Below are positions 1 to 10,849 of a stretch of DNA of 64,000 nucleotides, piece after piece (positions within the stretch are counted from its first letter, which is position 1; each line of letters starts with the position of its first letter). Under the pieces are notes generated by a model that did no database searches, was not told where the DNA came from, and saw only the letters and a program-made list of their open reading frames with translations. Source of the stretch: Anthoceros angustus (taxonomy: Eukaryota > Plantae > Anthocerotophyta); the NCBI GenBank assembly GCA_010909165.1, contig MU008166.1, forward strand, positions 1,426,001 to 1,490,000. Reading direction: 5' to 3'. The position numbers and the translations under genes are program-made.

Positions 1-717
1 GTAAAAGCTCCCAATCCCGCGGAAGCGAAGGCGGAGGCAACCTCCGATGGAAAAACCACCACGGAGCGGCGAGACACCATCGAGGAGAAATAGGAACAAG
101 GCGGCACCATCCCACAGGTCTGGCGCGGGCGGTCCAAGGAAGGCGCTAGGCGGGGACATCGTCGGCGCGTGAGGCGCCAAAAAGGCGGACCGAAGCGCGC
201 CGTACAAAGCAAGATGATCAAGCGCCTGAAGCCCACAAGACTCGAGGGCCCAAGAGGGTACCAGGGCGGTGGGACAACGGAAGTAGATGAAGACGTAAAG
301 TGAGCCTCCCAAGTCGTCCGATCAAAATCCTTGTGGACCCGACCAATGTAGTTCCTGAACCCGCAAGGCTTGAATAATTTCCCATACACGGGACATGGAG
401 TGTCCTTCACAGGGACGGGAGAAGGGGGCCCCATGCATCAAAAACCCCCCTATTTGCGTGCCCCGGCGGACCCGGGAAGACCCGAAAGTAGGGGCACCCA
501 GACACCGGTGGGAACACCTGCCGGGGACAAGACCAGCGACACCGAGCCGACCCACCGGCAGCCAGCGATGATATGGCCCAGCCTTGACACGGGCCACCCC
601 ACACCCTCGCTTACACCGGTCCTCCGCTGACCGCACTCCTCTACACGCCCTTTACAAGATTCCTCCAGGTGCTCCTGCACCTTTATAGCGCTCTGCGGCT
701 CACAGCGTTCCTCCACA

Positions 718-1048
718 GGCAAGGGCAGGGCAGGGGCAAGGCAAGGCAAGGCAAGGCAAGGGCAGGGCAAGGCAAGGCAAGGGCAGGGGCAAGGCAAGGG
801 GCAAGGCAAGGCAAGGCAAGGGCAGGGCAAGGGCAGGCAAGGCAAGGCAAGGCAAGGCAAGGCAGGGCAGGGCAAGGCAAGGCAAGGCAAGGCAAGGCAA
901 GGCAAGGCAAGGCAAGGCAAGGCAAGGGCAGGCAAGGCAAGGGGCAAGGCAAGGCAAGGGCAGGGGCAAGGCAAGGCAAGGCAAGGGCAGGGGCAAGGGC
1001 AGGCAAGGCAAGGCAAGGCAAGGGGCAAGGCAAGGCAAGGCAAGGCAA
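718..1048. repeat. (GGCAA)n pentanucleotide microsatellite with GGCAGG/GGGGCAA variants
   Basis: Continuous ggcaa tandem array of about 330 bp. It produces the spurious PCLAL/ARQGK ORFs in the track. Confidence 0.97.
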
Positions 1049-1645
1049 GTTTAGATTTTTAGTTTCCCTCTTTCCTAATTCACCTTTTTGCAGCCTATAT
1101 GTATTTATTTGTGAATTAGTTTGATTGATAATTTCACCAAAAATAGGAAAGATGATTCAGATGCTGGAAGGAGGCAACATTGTGAATTAGTGCTACTCAG
1201 ATTGTTCCTTGACAGATGGTTAGGCCTTGTAGTAGTTCTGCATACCAACAACAATATGGTATATGATCGTCTGACCAGCATAGGGTTATTCTTTGCAAAG
1301 CAAGAGAACAACATTCAAAGTGAAACATCCAAGAAATGTTGGTAGAGGCAGAGATAGCTACTCTCATGACATTGTAATGGCACTATACTGCGACATCATT
1401 GAAGGCATAAACAAAAATGTGAAAACGGTCAAACAACAAATTCGACAAAGGATAAGCTCCCTCTAAGACCTTTATATGGTTCCTAGTAGGCACACAGCTA
1501 ACAGCAAGAGAGATACTTAAGAACAAGATACAAGATACTAATAGAATGTCATCTAAAAGACTAAAATAAGGATGTGCAATGTGTAACAAATTCAATTCAA
1601 TGCAATATATAAATAAAAATATAAAAATAATAACAAGTTAATTTT

Positions 1646-1684
1646 TCACAATGCCCTGGCTAAAATATAGCCAGGGCATTGTGA
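1646..1684. repeat. Perfect inverted repeat (17-bp stem, 5-nt loop)
   Basis: tcacaatgccctggcta-aaata-tagccagggcattgtga. Confidence 0.9.
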
Positions 1685-1916
1685 GGAGGCGCTTATGGGT
1701 GAGCCAGCTCCACATTTGTGGGTGCTATGATTGTACCCCTTCATACTGCCTAAAAGGCTACATGATGTTAGAGAGGCAAGGCTTAATACTTGCATAGACT
1801 AGGTAATGCTTTAGACTTATAAACTCTAAAATCATTTAGTTTTACGGAAGTCGGTCAGTTTTGCAAAATATGCTTTCCCTGGCGGGTCCTGCTAATGTCA
1901 GGTCGTCGGGTACACT

Positions 1917-3855
1917 TCACTTATCAGGGCGTGGCTTTACAACGATGTTAGAGTGAGCGGCGATGTGCAAGCTGAACTGCCCGCCTTTCTCAGACAGATC
2001 CAGCTTCTCCACGCCAGGGGGGACAGGTGAGCTGGAAGCTCTGCACCAGGCGCCCCAGAACCAGATTGAGCAGGGGAAGCGCCAAGATGATGCCAGGGCA
2101 GCTCCGCCTGCCCACGCCGAAGGGCAGGAAGCGGAAGTCGGTGCCGTTGGGCTCGGCTCCCTTGTCACTCTCCAAGAACCGCTCCGGCTGGAACGTCTCA
2201 GGATCCTTCCACAGAGCCAGGTTGTTGGCCAGGTACCAGGCGTTCACCAGCACCTTGCTCTCTGCCGGGATGTCGTAGCCGCCGAGCTTGGCCTGCTGCA
2301 GGTTCATGTGCGGCACCAGCAGCGGGATGGCCATGTGCAGCCGCAGCGTCTCCTTCACCACTGCCGCCAGATAGGGCAGCTTCCCTCCCTGGATGTCGGG
2401 TTCCGTCAGAGGCGTTCCCTTGCCCAGCACATTATCCAGCTCCTCCCTCACTTTCTGCTGGATGTCAGGGTTGTTGACAAGCTCTGCCAGTCCCATTCCA
2501 TCGACCACAGTGTGGTTTCGATGGCTGCACGGAAGCGAGTTTTAGCAGGCACAGCTCACCTGTTACTGTAACAATTGAAGTGCATCTGCAAGACGGAAAA
2601 ATGTATACCTGCAACATTGATGTTCTCAACGATGTAGAGCACGTTGTCTTCGTTGATTTCCCCATTCTTCTGAGCATCCAGAATGTGATCGATAGCACAT
2701 TTCTCTGTTGATGCTGCACTCTGGCCGCGTTTCGTGTTGAGAAGCTTCCTGAGTGGGCCAGAGATGAATTTTGTATATGTTAGGCTGCTTCTTAAGCATT
2801 CTCATCTCACACGAATGCACCGCAGTGCAGTTTCAATACTAACTTTCGCTCGTCCAGGAAGTAGTTCTTGAAGAGGGCAAGACGTCGGTCCTTGATGTCC
2901 TGGCAGACCTTGAGGTAGTTTCTCAGCAAGGGCCTCAAGATGGGGATGAAGTCCCCGTAGTTGTACTCGAAGCTCTGGGCCAAGCGGCTCCTCTCCCCAT
3001 TCAAGGCCTTCAATTGAACAAATAGCGGATCGTCCTCGCTCTCAAACCTGGAAACACGACACGACTACGTACCAGCTGTTGCTTCAAATACAGAATGCGA
3101 TGAGGAACGTGCTTGTACAGAGCACTGTGAGATATACATACCTCCTGTCAAACATGAGTCGGTACATTGTGTTGTACATCAGAAGCTGCAGCCTTCTCCT
3201 GAGCACAACTCCCGTGGTCGAGGCAGCAGCATACTTGGGATTCGTCTTCAAATCTGCGATCACGCGGTCTGTCTCATCCTCCCACGTCACACGCGATTGC
3301 TGCACCACCTTGCTGGTGAAGAAGGGCACCGTCATGATCCTGCGCATCCTCCTCCAGTGCTCCCCGTAGACTGTGAACACCATGTCCTTCCCTTTACCGG
3401 TGAAGATATCGAACACCACGTTCCGCGTGCGAGATCCAAACTCCACTCCCTGCTCTTGACAAGCCACCTCTCTTCGACATTTAGGAATTTATATAATTCA
3501 TGTGCTAAAACTGCGACCATGATAGCACGAGCAAGATCCACTGTTATCTCACCTGGGTGAGAAGAACCTCCTTGGCAAGTTCAGGAGAGGACACCACCAC
3601 CACATTTCTCTGTCCCATCCTGAGTAGAAAGATGTCGCCATATTTCTTCGCAAGCTCCGACAGGTTGCGATGATTCAAGTCGTCTCCCACCTGCAGCCAG
3701 TTCCCCAGAATGGGCAGCGCCAGGGGTCCTGGAGGGAGCTTCAATTTCCTGCTCGTCACCTGCTTCACCAACCATAGCACGGCTATGGTGGCCAAAAGGG
3801 CCTCCAAAATCGCCTGCACATTTATGCTGGCAAGAGTGGTTCCACCGGAAGCCAT
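1917..3855 (-). CDS. C4H: Cinnamate 4-hydroxylase (cytochrome P450 CYP73A). Exons 3855-3553, 3449-3142, 3047-2844, 2748-2609, 2524-1917. Two apparent 1-nt frameshifts (~2493, ~2020)
   Basis: N-terminal anchor followed by LPPGP. CYP73 signatures [83 protein letters not shown] and the heme motif [10 protein letters not shown]. All four introns are GT-AG and in phase. Both frameshifts fall in G/C homopolymers. Confidence 0.96.
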
Positions 3856-4130
3856 TGCGGTGGGTGTGGATGGAAAGAGCCCGATGCTGCCTTCAAGAGC
3901 ATCCCAGCAAAGGCTTGCGCTGAATTGAGTTTCGACGGTCCTGGCTGATTGCGATCAGTCAGGCTCTTTCACCAGCACACGGAAAGAAAGTACATATGTA
4001 CATACTGTTAGTGCTCAGTGCTCACATGCCGTCAGTGATGCACCTTCGTCTTGAGAGAGACATCGACAAACCGGCGAACGGAAATGAAGAAGCTTTTACG
4101 TGACATGAGAGCCACAATCTGTGAATGCCT

Positions 4131-4137
4131 ACCTACC
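4131..4137 (+). promoter_or_regulatory. AC-I element (ACCTACC), candidate R2R3-MYB site upstream of C4H
   Basis: Exact ACCTACC within cctacctacc, about 280 bp upstream of the C4H ATG. AC elements are typical of phenylpropanoid promoters, but the motif is short and could be chance. Confidence 0.3.
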
Positions 4138-4449
4138 AGGTTATGGGACTGAAGTACGGTTCACATGACTTATCACACCAAGCTAATGAGGGTCGAGGCC
4201 GGCACCGGTCGTCCCTAACGGAGCCTCTTTGAAGATGGGAGATGCTAGCTATCAAAACTGCGAGAAAGGCTGTCACAAGCCCAGTTCAAGTGGAAGAATA
4301 TAACTAACTACTTTTACAACTTAACTCGTCTAAGAGAGGATCCAAGCAGTGACATGAAATCTGTTCCTGCAATGTAGGAGCCTTTCAGTGACGACAGCAG
4401 CCACACAACATAATAATATTGCGAAAGAGGGCTGGGCTGGGCCCGTCAC

Positions 4450-7400
4450 TTAGGGCTCGTAGTTGAGCATGGGAGACAGCCATCTTTCGCACTCTGGCAG
4501 AGGCATTCCTTTGCGCTCTGAATACTCTTTCACCTGGTCGGAAGTTATTTTCCCCACGGCGAAGTACGAGCTAGCAGGGCTTGCGAAGTAGAGTCCAGAA
4601 ACAGAGGCAGCAGGGAGCATAGCCATGGATTCTGTCAGGAGTATGCCCGTCTGTTTCTCCGCATCCATGAGCTCCCACATGGTAGCCTTCTCAGTATGAT
4701 CCGGTTGAGAAGGATAACCTGGAGCAGGCCGAATACCCTGGTATTTGACACGCAGCAGATCCTCCACAGACATGTTTTCGTCTGCCGCATAGCCCCAAAG
4801 ATCCTTCCTGACATCCATATGCCACACTTCTGCTGCAGCCTCTGCGAGGCGGTCAGCCAAGGCCTCCGCCATGATGTAGCCATAATCATCATGGGTAGCC
4901 TTGAACTCTTCTATCATCTTTTCCAAACCAAATCCTGAGGAGACAGCGAACATGCCCAAGTAGTCCGGAATGTAAGTATCCTTAGGAGCAATGAAATCTG
5001 CTAGAGCCAAGTAGGGGTCATCTGATTCCTTCTCCGCCTGTTGCCGTAGGGTATGAAACTTGCATCTCACGGTTGTTCGGTTTTGGTCAGTGTAGATCTC
5101 AATGTCATCACCAACTGAGTTAGCTGGGTAGATACCTACGATGCCCCTCACCTCTAGTTTCTTGTTGGCCACTATGTCTTTCAGCATCACCAATGCCTCT
5201 TCATATAATTTCTTGGCTTCAGCACCTACTGTCTCATCGTTGAAGATCTTTGGAAAACCACGGTTAGGGTACCGACCCCTCAATTGCCAGACCTGGAAAA
5301 ATGGATTCCAGTCAATTGCATCCATCAGCTTCTCCAATGGATAATTCACAATGACCTTTGTCCCAAGGAACTTTGGTTCCACGGGGAAGTTTGCTGGGAG
5401 TTTCCAGTCCACTTTCAGCTTCTGGTCACGAGCTTTAGCCAGTGATACATATTTCCGATCCTCCAATCCTGCATAGTGTTCCTCCCTGAGATCAGCATAT
5501 GTCTCCCTTGTTTCCAACATGAAGTCATCCCGAGCAGTCACGTCCAAAAGGCTTGACACCACAGGTACACTCCTAGATGCGTCCAATACGTGCACCACAG
5601 GCCCGCTATACTGAGGCTCAATCTTCACAGCAGTATGCATGCGGCTGGTTGTGGCTCCGCCAATGAGAAGAGGAATCTTGAAACCTTCTCTCTCAAGCTC
5701 CCTTGCAACAGTGACCATCTCATCTAGCGATGGAGTAATTAATCCTGAGAGCCCGACCACATCGGCGTTATGCTCCCTACAGGCATCCAGGATTTTGGAA
5801 CAAGCACACATGACACCCAGATCAACAACCTTGTAGTTGTTACAACCTAATACAACAGCCACTATGTTCTTTCCGATGTCGTGAACATCTCCCTTAACTG
5901 TTGCAATGACCACAACCCCAGCATGTGATTGCTGGGCGAGATCTGGGTTTTCAAGAAGAGCCAGTTCCTTCTCTCTCTCCATGAAGGGGATCAGATGGGC
6001 CACGGCGCTTCATCACCCTGGCACTCTTGATGACCTGGGGAAGAAACATTTTTCCAGCTCCAAAAAGATCACCCACAACGTTCATTCCATCCATAAGAGG
6101 ACCCTCGATGATATGCAGAGGTCTAACATACAGACCACATGTCCGTGCTTCTTCCACATCATCTACAACATACTGGTCAATCCCCTTGACCAGGGCATAC
6201 TCCAACCTTTTGTTCACTGGTTGTTCTCTCCAGACATTTACCTGCTCCTTGGCACCCGAACTTGCTGACTTTGGGTCAACCCTCTGAGCCATCTCCAGCA
6301 TTCGTTCAGTAGCATCAGGTCTTCGATTAAGCACACAATCTTCAACGTGCTCCATCAATTCCTTATCAACATCATCATAGATGTCTATTTGCCCAGCATT
6401 CACAATTCCCATATCCATGCCCTCTTTGATTGCATGGTAAAGGAAAGACGAATGGAATGCCCGACGCACTGGCTCATTGCCTCGGAAGGAGAAGGAAATG
6501 TTGGAGACTCCTCCACTAATTTTGCATCCAGGGCACAACTGTTTGATTTTTCTCGTGGCATTGAAGAAATCCACGGCATAGTTGTTATGCTCCTCCAGAC
6601 CCGTTGCAATGGTCAAAATATTAGGATCAAATATTATATCCTGAGGGTTGAAGCCAACATCTTCAACAAGAATTTTGAACGCTCGAGTGCAGATCCGCAC
6701 TTTGTCATACTCTGTCGCTGCTTGACCCTCCTCGTCAAAAGCCATGACCACAACTGCTGCACCATGACGCTTTACGATCTTTGCATGCCTTCTGAATGTG
6801 TCTTCGCCTTCTTTCAGGGAAATGGAGTTTACAATGCACTTTCCCTGACTGCATTTAAGGCCCGCCTCAACCACATGGAACTTGGAAGAGTCTATCATGA
6901 AAGGCACCTTGGCAACCTGCAAATTCCCAATTCCAGTGAATTAACCGTGAAGTCACAGTGTAATACACAATCAGAAGAAAAGCTAGCAAGCCGGATGCTA
7001 CTGCGTGAATCACAAATCACTCACCTCGGGCTCTGATACCAGCAAATTCACAAATCGGGTCATGGCAGCCACTGAATCCAGAAGACCTTCGTCCATGTTG
7101 ATATCAATGACTTGTGCACCAGCTTCCACCTGCTTAATTGCTATAGAGAGTGCCTTGTCATAATCTCCGGCCATTATAGCCTTCTTGAATATGATTGACC
7201 CGCCACATTACAACGCTCTCCCAGGTTGATAAATGGGATGGTCGATGGAGTGTAAATGAATGGTTCAAGCCCAGATATCCGCATAAGATTTTCCACTTTA
7301 GGAATAGCGCGAGGCTTGCAGTGAGAAACCTGAGAATTGACATTGCAAGTTCCACATTACTCAATGTTGTTGACAATAGAGACGACTGCTCAACTCTCCT

Positions 7401-9945
7401 CAATGCTTTGTATTCGGAAATACTTACAATGTCTGCCACTGCCTTTATGTGGTCAGGTGTTGTACCGCAGCATCCACCAATGATGTTGATAAGGCCACCA
7501 GTTGCAAAGTCACGGACATTTTCCGCAAACTGTGATGGTGTTTCATCGTACCCACCCATAGCATTGGGAAGCCCAGCATTTGGGTAACATAAGATGTAGG
7601 TATCAGCAATCTGCAAAGCTGCACAGAGTTAAAACTCCTCATTGTACTTCCCAGGCTCCTGGATCTCCCAAGGTTTAAAAACAAGCATGCACATTGCAGG
7701 AGCCACAGACTTACCCTGTTCAGAGTGTCGACATAGCCACGCATATCCCTTGCCCCCAAGGCACAGTTCAGACCAAGGGCCACTGGTCGAGAATGGGAGA
7801 CACTGATCCAAAATGCCTCTCCAGTTTGTCCAGAGAGTCGACCACTTTGGTCAACAATAGTCCCACTGACCATTACAGGTATCTCATGACCCCAGTCCTC
7901 AAAATACTCATCTATAGCATACAAAGCAGCCTTTGCATTCAAGGTATCAAAGATGGTCTCCACAAGCAAAATGTCTACTCCACCTTTCACCAGAGCATCA
8001 GTTTGCTCCCTGTACGCTGCTACTACTTCATCAAATGTTGTAGCACGGTATGCTGGATTCTCAACGCTCGGAGAAACAGACAGAGTTCTGTTGGTAGGGC
8101 CAATGGCTCCAGCAACGAACCTTGGCCTAGTGGGATCCTGAGCAAGAACCGTATCTACAGCTCTTTGTGCAACCTTAGCTGCTTCAACGTTTATCAGAAA
8201 TACCTCCTCTGAGGCTTGCAGCTCGTAATCTGCCTGTGAAATGCATGTCGCATTGAATGTGTTGGTTTCAATAATATCAGCACCACCTTCCAGGTACTCC
8301 CTGTGGATTGTTTCTATGATTTCTGGCCGAGTGATGACCAGCAAGTCATTATCTCCCTTGAGATCGTGAGTATGATTTTTATACCGTTCTCCTCTGAAGT
8401 CATCTTCTTTCAACCTGTATCGCTGAATCATCGTGCCCATGGCACCATCAATCATTATAATTCGCTGCTTCATGATATTATCAAGTGTTTTGAAGAGATC
8501 CCGCTCCACGACTGCTGTATTCAGCCCGCTGGGGCTCAGAGGGGCATCTGGGTCAACTTTGCTTTGACCGTCAACAATAAATCTGGCGGCAACATCTCGG
8601 TTAGAGTTGGACACAACAATGCCTGAAACACACTCGTGACAGGGCACAACATACAGACAACCTCATGCAAAAGAGAAATACTGTTTAGCACGATACCTGT
8701 ATTCAATGGGGCCCTGTTTACAAGAATAGTCAATGTAGAACACCTTCTCCTGACTCAAGGACTTTTTCATCTGCACCGGTTTCCCACCAGAAAAACTTCC
8801 AACAACCGCCACATCTGAACCTCCATGGCGCCACAAAAACTGAATATAACCCAGCTCTGCTCAACACCAAGAGAATGCTTTAGAACACAAAGTAATGTTA
8901 ATTCTCACCATTGCCTGTGTCAAAAACGCCGAGCAACTCCTAAACCTCAGAATTGCTCAAATGGCAGACCCAAGATGGAGCAATCGACGTACTGTCACTC
9001 TTTGGAACTGGTCGGCGAGGAGGTGGATAGTTCATAACTGCAAAGACAGTGTTACACGAACATTACTAGGTGATTTTATTCATCTCCCACTTTCAAGACC
9101 AGATGATGATGGCATGACAGAAACAAGTAATACGGGGAGTGTTCCAAAATATGTGGGCACCACACCGATGCAGATCATGAAGCTTACCAGCTTTGGGGAA
9201 CTGATCGAGATCAAATGACTCAGACTGCTGAGGTGGAGAAGTTTTTCCCTCAGTTTGCACCGACTTTGCATCCTCACTAGCTTTTGCGTCATCTGCCTTC
9301 GAGATCTTGGATTCTTCAACTGTAACTGCGGGTTCTGTGATGGCATTTCCAAGTTTCGGGATGGACTTGACCGCAGATTCAGGCAAAGTACTGATAGACT
9401 TTGACGCTTCCTTCTCCAAGACTTTAGCAGCAGCCGCATCGGGTTCATTTGTAGGCAGTTTCTCCCCTTCAATGGGTGCAAGTACTGAAGTAGCTGGAGA
9501 CAGGCCAAGAGCCAATGTTATAACCAGCAGTCGGTAGAAACGTTTCCAGAACCACAGCGGGCTAAATCTAGACAACGAGATATCATCAGAAAGAAACAGG
9601 GCTCCCTACAATTCATGCTCACTGCAACAAAGCCAATGACAAGAACAACACAGGAAAATCAACCGTGACCGCAGTCACTCGAATCAAATACCCGTGCAAA
9701 ACCTCACCTCGTCTCTCAGAGACAGCACCATTTTGATCTTCAAGTGGCAACTCACGCTCCGCAGACGCTGGCACAGCTTTCTCGACGGCCTCATCCTTTC
9801 TAGGAAAAAAATACAACGCTACCGCCACGGCAACGATCCCTGGCACCAAAATGGACAGAAAAAAATTCCATGCCGCAACCGCAGCCACCACCACAGCAAT
9901 CGGATGATTCCTCAGCAGCGAGAGGAACTTCTTCAGCGACTCCAT
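4450..9945 (-). CDS. METH: Cobalamin-dependent methionine synthase with an N-terminal extension (hydrophobic anchor, acidic linker, CBM48/AMPK-beta-like domain). Predicted exons 9945-9708, 9493-9188, 9037-8993, 8856-8697, 8582-7715, 7610-7428, 7329-7025, 6916-4450. Apparent frameshifts at ~7199 and ~6006
   Basis: Homocysteine-binding domain ([24 protein letters not shown]); pterin-binding domain (GERCN, DINMDEG, IDSS, DPNIL); B12-binding [10 protein letters not shown] and SGLITPSL; reactivation domain ([25 protein letters not shown]). Introns are in-phase GT-AG. The three most 5' exons are less certain than the core. Confidence 0.93.
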
Positions 9946-10849
9946 CGCGAACCACAGAGCTGAGATCTGCTCCCGCTGCGCAGATCTTCCAAACCACGGG
10001 ATCCCTCAGATCACGCTCGCAGATTCTCCGTCCCAGCTGCCTTGCGGCGCTTGAGAAAATCCTCTTGCTGCGCAAAACACAGCCTTCTACTTCTGCTTGC
10101 AAAACGCCTTCATATCAGCAATCCGATCCGGCTGCCGGAGGCCCCCGTTGCAGCAACAGCGCACACAGAGCGATATGGGAAATCCCGAGTAGCAGACGAC
10201 GCGGCCGACCTCGCCGCAACCCGATTGCTGCGAGTCTCCTGCGTTCGGACGTCGTGCTGACTCGCAGTCAAACGTGAAGTTGCGGCGAGCGTGGCCGAGC
10301 GTGGGCTGGAGCCTGGAGGCACTGAGGCTGGACCAACCAGAGCCTCTCCTCTCCTCGCTGTGCTGAGTGTAAACGGGGTTTGAGGCGTTTAGCCCCGTAC
10401 GACGCTCCACCAGCACCAGAAGGGTGCCCCGCGCCGTGTGGTGTACATGCGCGGTAGTGCGCCAGGGCCAAGCGCTCCCCTCACACCCACCTTTGTTCCA
10501 TATCATTTCAGGCACACTAAGGCCTGCTGCCTGCAGCCGACAGCCTGGATACAGTAACATCGGCCCCACCTGAAAACTAAGACGTGACGTGTGGGCCTCC
10601 AGTAGCACATGCGTATCGGGACACGGTCTGCTTTCACATACATGCCCAGATATGCGAAGTGCACACCCACAGCCATGCTATACAATATGTTCCTATCTAA
10701 ACATTATACAACGAAAAGAAGAAAAGAAGACTTTATTATAAAAAAAGAGATGAAGGGCACCATGCATGTTAGGGGGACTAGCTCCATGATCACGCATTTT
10801 AAAACTACCAACCGCCCGAAGAACTTCATGGTTAGGCATGTGAAAAGGC

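Noticed and set aside
1-717. GC-rich left end with short ORFs
   Set aside because: No recognisable motif. It is probably a repeat fragment cut by the window edge.
450-1124. ORFs with PCLAL/ARQGK repeats
   Set aside because: They are translations of the GGCAA microsatellite.
1963-2571. 202-aa + strand ORF, and similar antisense ORFs at 6347-7036, 7694-8212, 57007-57735 and 59485-60276
   Set aside because: They are antisense shadows of C4H, METH, DIR and PRX coding exons.
9494-9605. Second hydrophobic segment [24 protein letters not shown] as part of METH
   Set aside because: The phase-compatible acceptor is at 9494-9496, so this stretch is most likely intron 1. Alternative splicing is not excluded.
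4450-9945. METH as bacterial contamination or several separate genes
   Set aside because: In-phase GT-AG introns link the pieces, and the gene abuts a plant CYP73A. The remaining breaks are 1-2-nt indels.
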